A stretch of DNA of 64,000 nt, from NCBI GenBank assembly GCA_963778565.1, contig CAVZUZ010000012.1, forward strand, positions 795,764-859,763. The letters are read 5' to 3'. The notes beneath the pieces are model-generated. The model did not search any database. It was not told where the DNA came from and was given only the letters and a program-made list of their open reading frames with translations. The DNA is from Thermoanaerobaculaceae bacterium (lineage in GTDB: Bacteria > Acidobacteriota > Thermoanaerobaculia > Multivoradales > UBA5704). Positions 1 to 9,629 of the stretch are shown here, piece after piece (position 1 is the first letter of the stretch; each line of letters begins with the position of its first letter). The translations under genes and the position numbers were made by a program.

Positions 1-294
1 GCTCTGCTCGAGGGAGGTGAGGTGACGTGGCATCCCTTTGTGCTCGGCGAGCTGATCCTCGGCAACCTGCGCGCCGATAGCGAGGTGCCCGCACTCCTCA
101 GCGAGTTGCCAGTCGTGGTCGTTGCCGAGCACGAGGAAGCCATCGCTTTCGTCGGCCGCCATGCTCTCGCCGGCAGCGGCATTGGCTGGGTCGATGTCCA
201 CCTGCTGTGCTCGGCCGCGCTTTCGCAGGCCCGCGTGTGGACGCTCGACCGCCGCCTCCATGCCACGGCCTCGCGGCTGGACCTGCACACCTGA
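1..294 (+). CDS. vapC: PIN-domain toxin (VapC family), 5'-truncated by window edge
   Basis: The frame is open from nt 1. HPFVLGELILGNLR...GIGWVDVHLLCSA...WTLDRRL matches the C-terminal half of VapC/PIN toxins. Confidence 0.8.
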   Translation, partial: ALLEGGEVTWHPFVLGELILGNLRADSEVPALLSELPVVVVAEHEEAIAFVGRHALAGSGIGWVDVHLLCSAALSQARVWTLDRRLHATASRLDLHT

Positions 295-337
295 GCCGGC
301 CAGGTACCAACGCAGTAAGCGGTCGAACAGCCGGGTG

Positions 338-508
338 GCCGACGCCGACCTCTCCGGCTTCCTCGCCGCCATCTACAATGCGGAGCCGGACCGGGAGGTG
401 ATCGTGCGCGGGGATCGCCGCCTCGGCTACGAGAGGGTCTCGGAGGTGCTGGCGGTCCTCAGCGAGGCGGGCTTCAAGCGCGTGGGACTGGTGACGGAGA
501 GGCGATAA
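338..508 (+). pseudogene. ExbD/TolR-family C-terminal remnant
   Basis: The tail of ORF 122..508 reads EPDREVIVRGDRRLGYERVSEVLAVLSEAGFKRVGLVTE, a typical ExbD/TolR C-terminus. No N-terminal TM part is present. Confidence 0.45.
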
Positions 509-559
509 CGCACCCCTATACCGCGAAGCGCATTGCGGTTGCCGCGCGTCACATCACTT

Positions 560-1500
560 CGGTCATCCTGAAGCTGACGGCGTGAAGCCGGTTCGTCGTA
601 GGTGGACGGTGGATCGCCGTACGCGGCTGGCCGATAGCCGTCGCGGTACGACGGTCTGTATCCCCCAGACAGCGTGACGCCGTACCGTGGCGGCGAGTTA
701 TATCCCGCGGCGGCGAGCTGTATCCGGCGACGGCGATCTGTCGTACCTCTACAGCGGGCCGCCGTACCGCGACAGCGGCTTGTGTAGGCGTACGGCGAGC
801 CGCCGTACCGGGACGACCTTCTGTATCCGCGTACGACGAAACGCCGTACCAGTATGGCGAGCTGTATCCGCGTGCGATGGTCTGTCCTACCACGATGGCG
901 GGACACCGTCCACCGACGACGTGCTGTATCCGCAGACGACGAAACATCGTACTGCGACGACGAGCTGTATCCCGCTACAACGAGCCGTCGTACACCGGCA
1001 CCGAGCGCCGTCGCGATACGGCGGCGCGTCGTACGCGGATACAGACGGCCGTCGCGGTACGGCGGTTCATCGTAGAGGTACGGCAAGCCGCCGCCGCGGG
1101 ATACAGACCGCCGTCGCGGTACGCCGGATCGGCGTACCCCTATACAAGCCGCTGTCGCGCTACGGCGGCCCGCCGCAGGGGTACGACATTGCGTCGTCGC
1201 CGGATACAGAGCGTCGTACCTGTACGGCGGGTTGGTGTCGGCATGCGGCGATCCATCGTCCGGGGATACAACTCGTCGTCGCGTTACGGCGAAGCGTTGC
1301 CCGCGGATACGGACCATTGTCTCGGTACGAGGGCCCGCTCGTGGTGGACACAGGCCGTCGCAGCCGCACGCCGGCTCGCTGCCGGCTGGCGACGAGTCAT
1401 TTTCTCGGGATGTCCCTCGCCGTCGCGCTACGCCGGTACGCCGTCTGAGGATACAGGCCGGCGCCGCGGTACGACGCGCGCATCAGCGCAGATCACGATC
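560..1500. repeat. Array of degenerate ~30-nt motifs (GGATACAGNCNGCCGTCGCGGTACGGCGG-like) forming a giant imperfect palindrome
   Basis: CTGTATCC...CCGTACC copies lie at about 640-973 and the reverse-complement GGATACAG...GGTACGG copies at about 1035-1480. All six frames are open, which indicates low complexity rather than coding. Confidence 0.7.
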
Positions 1501-2154
1501 CGCCGTCTGCACGCCACCGGCCGTCTGCGTCTCGTTCGCCAGAGAGAGTCCGACTACGCTCTACGCCAAGGGCCGTCCGGGACGCGGGTTCGCGTCGGCG
1601 GCTTATGCTACCGGTCTTCGGCCGCATAAGCGGCTCAGCACCCGAGCCAATGCACCTTCGTAACCGGCTGAAGGAATGGAGGATAGCAGCGCCACTCCGA
1701 GTTTCGGAGAGGAATGCTTCTTGCCTCACGCCGGTCGGATAACGCTCCCGTGGGCGGCATACCGACCTTCGGATAAGGCTCACGAGGGCGGAGGCCCGAG
1801 GCGCAACCTCAGCAGCTTCAATGGGATCGCCCCACAGGACCTCCGTGCAGGAAAGCTGCCGCAATCCTTGGCGGCCCGAGAGGCTTATGCGACCGACCCT
1901 TCTCAGTTTGACCCGGCGCCGAAGGCGGTGTAGAATCTATGACTAATAGAATGAATGACATAGGCCACTTTCCCGAATTCGAAGACCCCATGACGCGAAG
2001 CACGCCACGGGAGGGTCGCACAAGCTCAGTTTACTGTTGAACAAAACCGCTCCGCGGTAGCTTCATCCGAAAACCTTTCTATTGTAAATCATCCCAGGCG
2101 GTAGTTCCAGTCCGGCGTACTCTTTCGGTGAACTTCCCGAAAGGAGACACGGTC

Positions 2155-3012
2155 ATGGGAGAGATGCGCGATCGGATGGAGAAGGAGATGAAGCTGCGTG
2201 GGTACAGCCAAAGAACGATCACAGCCTATGTGCGAGTCGTCCACAATTTCGTTCGGCATCACAGGCGTCCCGCTGAGACCATGGGCAGCACAGAGGCCCG
2301 AGCATACCTGCTGCACATGATCGAGGAAAAGAAGCTGGCGTGGCCGACCGTCAACCAGGCCGTATGTGCTTTGCGTTTCTATTACGGGCAGGTCCTGCGC
2401 CGGCCTTTTGAAGTCGAGATGATCCCCTACCAGAAAAGAAGGAAGCGGTTGCCTTTTGCCCTCGGCGAGCGCGAGGTCGCAGCGTTGCTGGCCGTCGAGA
2501 CGAATCTGAAGCATCGTGCCATTCTCATGACGATGTACTCCGGTGGACTGAGATTGTGCGAAGTCATCCAGTTGCGACCTGCCGACATCGAAAGCACAGC
2601 CATGAGGATTCGAATCCGAGCGGGCAAAGGCGGCAAGGAGCGCTACGTCATGCTCGCGGCGACCCTCCTCGGGACGCTGCGCCGTTATTTCAAGCAGTAT
2701 CGGCCGGAGCAGTGGCTGTTTTACGGTCAAACCAAAGCGCAGCCGATCGATGCGCGCACCGTGCAGAGGATCATCGCGAAGGCCGCCAAGACGGCAGGGA
2801 TCAGCAAGCCGGTTACCACACACACTCTACGTCACAGCTTCGCCACTCATCTGCTCGATCGGGGTACCAACCTGCGGTATATCCAGGGCCTCTTGGGCCA
2901 CCGAAGCATCAAGACGACGATGATCTACACCCATGTCAGCCGACAGACCTTGACCAAGGTGGCCAGTCCGCTCGACTTGCTGGCAGCCGGAGCCACGGAG
3001 CTTTTCGGATAG
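2155..3012 (+). CDS. Tyrosine recombinase (phage integrase/XerC-D family)
   Basis: AAGGAG lies 8 nt upstream of ATG 2155. The C-terminal motifs HTLRHSFATHLLDRGTNLRYIQGLLGHRSIKTTMIYTHV carry the R..HxxR..Y catalytic set. Confidence 0.9.
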   Translation: MGEMRDRMEKEMKLRGYSQRTITAYVRVVHNFVRHHRRPAETMGSTEARAYLLHMIEEKKLAWPTVNQAVCALRFYYGQVLRRPFEVEMIPYQKRRKRLPFALGEREVAALLAVETNLKHRAILMTMYSGGLRLCEVIQLRPADIESTAMRIRIRAGKGGKERYVMLAATLLGTLRRYFKQYRPEQWLFYGQTKAQPIDARTVQRIIAKAAKTAGISKPVTTHTLRHSFATHLLDRGTNLRYIQGLLGHRSIKTTMIYTHVSRQTLTKVASPLDLLAAGATELFG

Positions 3013-3027
3013 CCAGGCTACAGGAGG

Positions 3028-4188
3028 ATGGCCTCCTCCAGTGGTCTGGAGGTGGCTGACATCGTCTGGCGCTTCGGACCGGCTTTTCGAGAGACGTATC
3101 GCGGTCATCTGAACCGGTCCCAGCTTCGGACCCTGGGAGCCATCGAAGCCTGTCGCACCGCCGCTCTGGGCGGGCACGTCTACCAGTGTGCCCATTGCGG
3201 AGCACGGAAGATCGTCTACAACTCCTGCCGCAACCGCCACTGTCCGAAGTGTCAGGGCTTGGACAAGGAACGCTGGCTGGAGCAGCGCTGTGCCGAGCTA
3301 CTGCCGGTGCCGTACTTCCACGTCGTCTTTACGGTGCCCGAGGAGCTCAATCCGCTGGCCTTGAGCCATCCCCGGCTGCTGTATGACCTGCTGTTCCATT
3401 GCGCCGCCGAGAGCCTGCTCGAGATCGCCGCCGATCCCAAGCACCTCGGCGCTCGCATCGGCGTGCTCGCCATTCTCCATACCTGGAGCCAAAAGCTCAC
3501 GCTTCATCCTCACCTCCACTGCTTGGTACCGGCCGGCGGATTGTCCATCGACGGCGACTGGTGGGTGCGGTGCCGGCGCCGCTTCTTCCTGCCGGTGCGG
3601 GTTTTATCCAAGCTCTACCGAGGCAAGCTTCTGGCGGCGCTCCGATCGGCTGCGGACAAAGGCGACCTGCCCCCCGCCCACCTGCCGGCGCTCGACCCGC
3701 TGTACCGTAAGCCGTGGATGGTCTACAGCAAGCCGCCCTTCGGCAGCCCCAAGCAGGTCCTGGCTTACCTGGCCCGCTACACCCACCGGGTGGCGCTGAC
3801 GAATCAGCGGCTGGTCCGGATCACCGACGAGACGGTCACCTTCAGTTGGAAGGACTACGCCGACGCGGAGACGCCACGGGAGATGACCCTTTCTGGGGAA
3901 GAGTTCCTTCGCAGGTTTCTCCTCCACGTCCTCCCGGACCGCTTCGTCCGCATCCGCTACTTCGGGCTCTTCGCCAATCGTCATCGCCAGCAGATGGTCA
4001 CGCTCTGCCGCAGCGTGCTTCCGGGCCCACCGGCGCCAAAGCTGGAGCCGCGAAGTTGGCAGGAGCGGCTCCAGGAGCTCACCGGCATCAATCCGCTCCT
4101 CTGTACCGTCTGCGGCCAGCCCGCGATGCGCTGCATTGAACCGCTCGCGCCACAGCCGACCCGTGGCAGAGACCCGCCGCCAACATGA
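3028..4188 (+). CDS. IS91-family (Y2/HUH rolling-circle) transposase
   Basis: N-terminal Zn-binding CRTAALGGHVYQCAHCG...CRNRHCPKCQ, then HTWSQKLTLHPHLHCLVP and YLARYTHRVALTNQRL, typical of IS91/IS801 transposases. Confidence 0.9.
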   Translation: MASSSGLEVADIVWRFGPAFRETYRGHLNRSQLRTLGAIEACRTAALGGHVYQCAHCGARKIVYNSCRNRHCPKCQGLDKERWLEQRCAELLPVPYFHVVFTVPEELNPLALSHPRLLYDLLFHCAAESLLEIAADPKHLGARIGVLAILHTWSQKLTLHPHLHCLVPAGGLSIDGDWWVRCRRRFFLPVRVLSKLYRGKLLAALRSAADKGDLPPAHLPALDPLYRKPWMVYSKPPFGSPKQVLAYLARYTHRVALTNQRLVRITDETVTFSWKDYADAETPREMTLSGEEFLRRFLLHVLPDRFVRIRYFGLFANRHRQQMVTLCRSVLPGPPAPKLEPRSWQERLQELTGINPLLCTVCGQPAMRCIEPLAPQPTRGRDPPPT

Positions 4189-4461
4189 AGATCTATAGCC
4201 CTATTCCTCTTTCTCTTGCTGCTCCCTCCGCAGCTCAGAAGGCGTGTCGCTTGCGAGGCCTCTGCGGTATAATGGCAGGCGCGAAACCGCTGGCACCGAG
4301 GAATAGCTCGGGGTTTTCCCTGAAGCCGGACGTGACTGCCAATGCCTACCAGCGGCGATCAGGGTGGAAGTGGCAGCGGGAAGGCTATCGCGCGAGGCCC
4401 CTGCGGAGGATTCAATCTCCATAGCGGGCAACTCGGACTCGCCCGCGGCTTCGTTCAACCT

Positions 4462-4536
4462 GCGTCTATCTGAAATCCTCCCGGTCACTCCTGAGGATTT
4501 CGGGGCGACGTGCGCGGGAGGACTTCAGATAGACGC
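4462..4536. repeat. Perfect 13-bp inverted repeat (GCGTCTATCTGAA / TTCAGATAGACGC) with an inner GAAATCCTC/GAGGATTTC stem
   Basis: Read directly from the sequence. It may be an IS91 ori-end hairpin or a terminator. Confidence 0.6.
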
Positions 4537-4571
4537 TTCTAGGTTGGGCGGCAAAGCGGCGAGAGATTGAG

Positions 4572-5516
4572 ATGACAGAATCCAAACTAATATTTGTGAA
4601 CAGGAAGCCTTTCCAGGTGTGGTCTGGCGCTTCGACATATAGGGATCAGGATCTGCTCCATGGCCTCCGTCCGGATCTCCATTTGCGGCTAGCCAAAGAT
4701 CTCGTTGACTCTCTCGACCATGAAGACAAGGATCATGCAGTTCTAGGACTCAGGCTTTTCTACGGGTTGGGTCTTGAGACATTCTTCGCCCTCCTCTTCG
4801 CAACGCTCCAGGCCCCTGAGGCTCCCTCCGCATGGCTGCTGCTGTATCGCGAAGACGATCTCCAAAAGCTTATCGAACGCTTCCAAGCTGGCGAAGACCT
4901 GCCCAGCCGTTTAGTTTGCTCCGAGCCGGGTTCATGGGAGGCTCTCGCCGTAATGCTATTTCCCTCGAGTTTAATGGAGGATGAGACTTGTCGAGGCAGG
5001 GCGGAACGCTTGGGTGCACTGTGGGCTGAATGGGCGTCGGAGTATCTCAACGAAGATATGAAGGCGGAGTTCAACAGCCTCAAGCATGGCTTACGTATCA
5101 GAAGTGCTGAGCCCTACTTGGCCGTAGATGGACACGTGATCGAGAGCGATGAGCACGGCTCTTGGTTCGCCACCTGTCAGAGGTCGAAGTCGGATGTTCT
5201 CTTAAATGCCTGTGCAAGGTCATGGTCTGGTAGGACACTCTACTCCCGGCTCAAACTGATAACCACGTCGAGCAGAAATCTCGTCGAGATTCTCAAACTG
5301 GTCCACAAAGTGGGGGATACCGATAGGTTTACTTGCGAACTTCCTGATGATAGCGAGTTGGACGCAGCAAAGCCTAGCGGAAAACCTCTCGTTGGTCTTC
5401 GGTTCGGTCACTCTTGGGAGGAGAACCGACACTCCTCCCGGCTTAGCTACGAAGACGCGATAGGTGAGTACAGAAAACTTTCGGGGCCGTTTAAGATCGA
5501 GGGGAAACGCGAGTGA
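4572..5516 (+). CDS. Hypothetical protein (orphan, lower GC)
   Basis: 314-aa ORF with no competing ORF and a clear drop in GC. No family was recognised. Confidence 0.6.
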   Translation: MTESKLIFVNRKPFQVWSGASTYRDQDLLHGLRPDLHLRLAKDLVDSLDHEDKDHAVLGLRLFYGLGLETFFALLFATLQAPEAPSAWLLLYREDDLQKLIERFQAGEDLPSRLVCSEPGSWEALAVMLFPSSLMEDETCRGRAERLGALWAEWASEYLNEDMKAEFNSLKHGLRIRSAEPYLAVDGHVIESDEHGSWFATCQRSKSDVLLNACARSWSGRTLYSRLKLITTSSRNLVEILKLVHKVGDTDRFTCELPDDSELDAAKPSGKPLVGLRFGHSWEENRHSSRLSYEDAIGEYRKLSGPFKIEGKRE

Positions 5517-6094
5517 GATATCGCCCAACCAAGCGGCTACAGACGGACGCGAACCTCCGCTTCGCTCCGGTCGCGCCGCTGAGCCGAGATACCGTTCGCC
5601 GTCCTGAGAATTCATTTTTGTTTTCCTCGAGGAGCGGACGGTGCGTTGATCTCCTGGTAGTCGAGGTTGGTGGTTGCTCCGAGGTCTGAGTCTTTTCGAT
5701 CAACGATTCCTTCGAAAACAGTTGGTGGCCTGCGATCATCTCTTCGAGCAGCTTCGTGGCAGCTCAGCGCTCGTCTTTACAGGCGGTTGTTTCCCGCGCC
5801 CGGAGAGTGCGTCCCGCACACGCAGCCGCTTGCCTTGCCAGAAGGGCGCTCTTCCCGAGGGTGCCCGAGAGGATCTTGCCTTCGAGCTCCGGCGATACGG
5901 GGCAACACCGTGTCCTGGCTTCAGACTGTCCGCTTCCCCTGTCCACCGGTTGGACGCCGCACGGAACCAGAATGCCGGTCGAAAGGGTCGTTCTCCCCGA
6001 GGTTGCCGGAGGAGTCCGCGGCTTCGCTCGAAGATGGTCAGCGGCAGGATCGATGCTCACTTCGAGAACCATCTATGGCCTTGTTGGCATCTCG

Positions 6095-6290
6095 GTCCAG
6101 AGGGGCGTTGCACTTTGAAGCAGTGCGGTCCCAAGCGTGGTACAATTCAGCAAACAAGGCAGTCCGGCGAACCCCGCGCCTGCAGCGGACGCTTGAGGCC
6201 TTCTCGCGTGCCGTGGCCTGCGGTCGTTGGTGGCTTCGAGGACAGCTGGCGGCCTGCAACCGGCGCACGCTGAGGCGCCAAACGTTCGGC
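6095..6290. repeat. ~170-190-nt dispersed repeat, copy A (core GCGTGGTACAATTCAGCA...CTGCAGCGG)
   Basis: Aligns by eye with 8005-8184. It lies directly upstream of the 6312 ORF. Confidence 0.65.
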
Positions 6291-6311
6291 GGCCAAGCGA
6301 GGACGCGCGCG

Positions 6312-6815
6312 ATGACAAGCTTCAAGATCATGTCCGATAGGGAGCCAACGAACGACGAGGTACTCGTCCGGCTTGACTACTACGCCGGAGAGCAGCGCGA
6401 GGGCGGCATGCTGTGCGCCGCCCGGGACGCTACAGGGGGCTGGTACGAGGCGGACGGTCCAAAGGAGCTACGACTCCCTTCCGGGACCCAGTACTCGGTA
6501 CCGCGAGGAGAGACGCCAGCACTTTTCTTCTCCTTCCGGCTGCTTCCTACAAGGGAATGGCCCTTCAGCGATGACCCTGACAAGTGGCAGGAAGATTTCA
6601 CCATCGACATATGGGATGCAGCGGGGGCACCGGTCGCTCTTACGGGCGTCGAATCCGCACTGAAGCACATAGCATGCTGGGGTGCCTGGGAGTTAAGGGA
6701 AGACGGGCGCGCCGGCAAGGTATCGAACCACTTTTGGGGCGAGATGTTTGTTGCCAAGGAGCAGGCCTTGGAGGCTCTGCTTCAGCGCTACCGAAAGCCC
6801 TCTCAAGCTGAATGA
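6312..6815 (+). CDS. Hypothetical protein
   Basis: Only the part of ORF 5667..6815 from MTSFKIMSDREPTNDE onward has protein-like composition. The start is uncertain. Confidence 0.5.
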   Translation: MTSFKIMSDREPTNDEVLVRLDYYAGEQREGGMLCAARDATGGWYEADGPKELRLPSGTQYSVPRGETPALFFSFRLLPTREWPFSDDPDKWQEDFTIDIWDAAGAPVALTGVESALKHIACWGAWELREDGRAGKVSNHFWGEMFVAKEQALEALLQRYRKPSQAE

Positions 6816-6854
6816 TGGTACACAGAAACAACGGGATGCCGCCGAACAACAGCA

Positions 6855-6885
<31 letters not shown>

Positions 6886-8004
6886 TGCTGAACGTTGGCC
6901 GGTCGCCAGCTCTACGGCCTTAGCTCGACACAACAGAACCTCCTTGACCCGCGTGTCTGCCAAATGGGTGACGCGCGTCAGCTCGGCAATTCGCGAGAAC
7001 TGCGTTTCTTATCGCGTACTTCCAAAAAGAACGAGGCCGGGCCGACTCTGGCTCCGGCTCGAAGATCACCCTTTCGGTGAAGAGCAACAAGAATCAGACG
7101 GTAGATGAGCGCGATCGCCACTACACACACTCCCGCTGTGGAGGTGTCGAGTCGCACGCTATTCCGCCACGCTTGTACGCGATCGGCCGCCCTGAATTTG
7201 GATTGTTCAGGCCATGTCTTCGGCCTATCAAGGGTCGGCTGACGCCGCCCGCTTCGCGGCTACGCCCTTGACAGGCCGAGACATGGCCAAGATGAGCCGG
7301 GTATTCGGGGCGGCCGGAAGACTGGGCGTCCCGGAATGTGCCGCGGCGGCGCATTCTATGCCGGCGGTCACGAAATACCGTGAGACTCGACAGGAGGCAT
7401 CCATACCGCCTACCTCCTCTCCTTAGCTGCAAAAAGCGCAGAATGGTGTCAGCGAGTTTACGCGCTTTTCCAGTCTTCTTCTGGAGGCTCGCTGGAGCCT
7501 TATTTGCCTGCTTTACTAGTATCCGCGGAATCCGAGGCACTGGCCGAAACGCCTTTCTCGGCCCATGAAGAGTCTCGAGGGAGGGAATAACTTCCGAGGT
7601 GCAGGGGCCGGAACACACCTCGAAGAGCGTTACTCCGCTCCGGGACCCCGACGGGCAGGGATCCAATCGAGTTGTGTCTAGCCAACCCTGGCGCGCCTTT
7701 TCGCGCCCGCAAGCCGGCAGGTACCGGCAACTCAGCCCGTCGCCTACAAATAGAGTACTTCTGGGAGGAAGACTACACCTTCACCGTTCGTAGGTCAAGC
7801 CCGTGTGCTGGGTCAAGACATGTCTCTCCTTTCCGGGCGGGCAGGGGATTAGGGGGATTAGATGCAAGGTGACCAGCGCGGCTCGCCGCGTGGGACCAGC
7901 TTGGCGGTCGGAGCAGTGCTTCTCCGACAGGTTGCCGGCGGGTTCTGTGGCTCCGCTCGGCGCTGGTGAGCGGCGAGGTCGATGATTCATCGAAGACCGT
8001 CAAT

Positions 8005-8184
8005 GGCTTCTCACCAGCGTTGCCCTCTGGCGCGGTGCCGCTCTGAGCGTGGTACAATTCAGCAGACAAAGGCAGGCCGTCCAACTCCGTCGCTGCAGCG
8101 GGCGCCTGAGGCATTCTCATCAGTGGCGGCCTGTCAGGAGATTCGCTTCGAGGGTCGGCGGAAGCCTTTGGCGGGTGCACGCTG
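8005..8184. repeat. ~170-190-nt dispersed repeat, copy B, interrupted at its 3' end by IS256
   Basis: Shares GCGTGGTACAATTCAGCAGACAAAGGCAGG...CTGCAGCGGGCGCCTGAGGC with copy A. Confidence 0.65.
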
Positions 8185-9575
8185 GAGGTATTGTCAAATG
8201 TTGTGTATGGGACCGCGAGTCAGGCGGCCTTTTTCCTGATGCCATCTTCGAACACCACACCTTGGACGACATCAGCGAGGAGCGTGGCGCCGTTGAGGGC
8301 GCGCCAGTGCTTCTGGGCCGACATCGCCAGCTTGTAAACCATCGTCAGGCAGGCGATACGACTGCCGCTGCCCTTGGTCTTGTGAGTACGTAGGCGAACG
8401 GTGGCGAAAGTCGACTCGATCGGGTTGCTCGTTCGCAGGTGGATCCAGTGCTCGGCCGGGAAGTCATAGAAGGCAAGCAGCTCCACGCGATCGTCCTCGA
8501 GGCACGAAACCGCGGCGGCGTACTTGGCGCGGAAGGTCTCGACGAACAGGTGGAACGCCGCCTCAGCGTCGGCGCGCGTGGCCGCCATCCAGATGTCGTG
8601 GAGCATCGACTTGGCCTTCGCCTGCAGGCTCTTGGGCAACTTGTTGAGCACGTTGGCCGTCTTGTGCACCCAGCACCGCTGGCGCCGGGTCTTCGGGAAG
8701 ACCTTGCTCAATGCTTTCCAGAACCCCAAGGCGCCGTCTCCCGTGGCCAGCTCCGGATCGAGCTCCAAGCCCCGCGATCGCAGGTCCAGCAAGAGCTCGA
8801 GCCAGGACTGCTCGCTTTCGCGGTAGCCGTCGGCCACCGCCAGCAGCTCCTTCTTGCCCTCCGCCGTGGCGCCCATGAGCACCAGGATGCACTGGCGGGC
8901 GTTGCCCGGGTCTTCGAGCCGGACGTTGAAGTAGATCCCGTCGGCCCACACGTAAACGTAGCGCTGGCCGGCCAGCGAGCGGTGCTGCCAGTTTGCCAGC
9001 TCTTGCTCCCAGACCGTTTTCAAGCGCGTGATCGTCGTCGGCGACAGACCCGCAGCCTCCGGACCGAGAAGGGCCGCCAGCGCTTCGCTGAAGCCCCCCG
9101 TGCTCACCCCCTTCAGGTACAACCACGGCAACAACTCCTCCAACGACTTCGTTCGGCGCAGGTACGGCGGCAGGATCGAGGAGTGAAACGTCTCGCGCTC
9201 CGCAGCGGGCCGCCGATCCCGCACTCGTGGCTGCTTGACCGGCAACTCTCCCAGGGCAGTCTGGATCGTCCGCGCCGGCAAGTAGCCGTTGCGGACCACC
9301 AAGCGGTGACCTGCGACATCGACCAGGGTCTCCCGCGTCGCCAGGAAACCTTCTACCTCGGCCTCGATGGCCGTCGTCAGCATCCGACGCGCGCCCTCGC
9401 GCAACACCTCGCTCAGAACGTCCCTCGACGAATCCTGTGGGAATGCGACCAGCTTTCCGCTACGCTCTTCCATGGTGGCGTACCTCCTTGCCCCTCGGGG
9501 CGGATTGGGTGCTTCAAGCACACCCAGGGTACGCCGCCTTCTCTCGATCTCAAACACAACTTCTGGTTATACCTC
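8185..9575 (-). mobile_element. IS256-family insertion sequence, apparently intact
   Basis: Terminal inverted repeats GAGGTATTGTCAAATGTTGTGTATG (8185-) and the complement of CAAACACAACTTCTGGTTATACCTC (-9575). A 9-bp direct repeat TGCACGCTG lies at 8176-8184 and 9576-9584. Confidence 0.9.
8220..9473 (-). CDS. IS256-family (Mutator-type) transposase
   Basis: AAGGAGG precedes the ATG at 9473. The sequence is typical IS256: LSEVLREGARRMLTTAIEAEVEGFL...VRNGYLPARTIQT...WADGIYFNVR...RCWVHKTANVLNKLPK. Confidence 0.92.
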   Translation of the reverse strand: MEERSGKLVAFPQDSSRDVLSEVLREGARRMLTTAIEAEVEGFLATRETLVDVAGHRLVVRNGYLPARTIQTALGELPVKQPRVRDRRPAAERETFHSSILPPYLRRTKSLEELLPWLYLKGVSTGGFSEALAALLGPEAAGLSPTTITRLKTVWEQELANWQHRSLAGQRYVYVWADGIYFNVRLEDPGNARQCILVLMGATAEGKKELLAVADGYRESEQSWLELLLDLRSRGLELDPELATGDGALGFWKALSKVFPKTRRQRCWVHKTANVLNKLPKSLQAKAKSMLHDIWMAATRADAEAAFHLFVETFRAKYAAAVSCLEDDRVELLAFYDFPAEHWIHLRTSNPIESTFATVRLRTHKTKGSGSRIACLTMVYKLAMSAQKHWRALNGATLLADVVQGVVFEDGIRKKAA

Positions 9576-9629
9576 TGCACGCTGAACTCCCAAGCGTTCT
9601 ACGCAAGGAAATCTAGGAGCGATCAGAAC

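Larger units (their letters stand above)
2100..4540 (+). mobile_element. IS91-like element (recombinase + transposase); ends not defined
   Basis: Two co-oriented genes 15 nt apart, and a strong hairpin downstream at 4462-4536. The boundaries are guesses. Confidence 0.45.

Noticed and set aside
427-1663. Multiple 130-300-aa ORFs in all six frames across the repeat array
   Set aside because: Openness in all six frames, together with the orientation flip of the motif at ~1004, indicates non-coding repetitive DNA rather than a Tyr/Arg/Gly-rich protein.
2155-3012. Integron integrase (IntI) with downstream cassette array
   Set aside because: The region between the GKGGKER box and the HTLRHS box is only ~55 aa, so the IntI-specific insertion is missing. 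The gene is paired with an IS91 transposase instead, and no attC-like sites were recognised.
5667-6311. N-terminal 215 codons of ORF 5667..6815 and overlapping ORFs 5674..6273 and 5756..6118
   Set aside because: The composition is Arg/Ser/Pro-rich and overlaps the dispersed repeat. Only the segment after ATG 6312 looks protein-like.
8439-9629. 5' two-thirds of the 719-aa plus-strand ORF
   Set aside because: It is antisense to the IS256 transposase and crosses the IS boundary. Only the part from 9630 looks like a real (membrane) protein.
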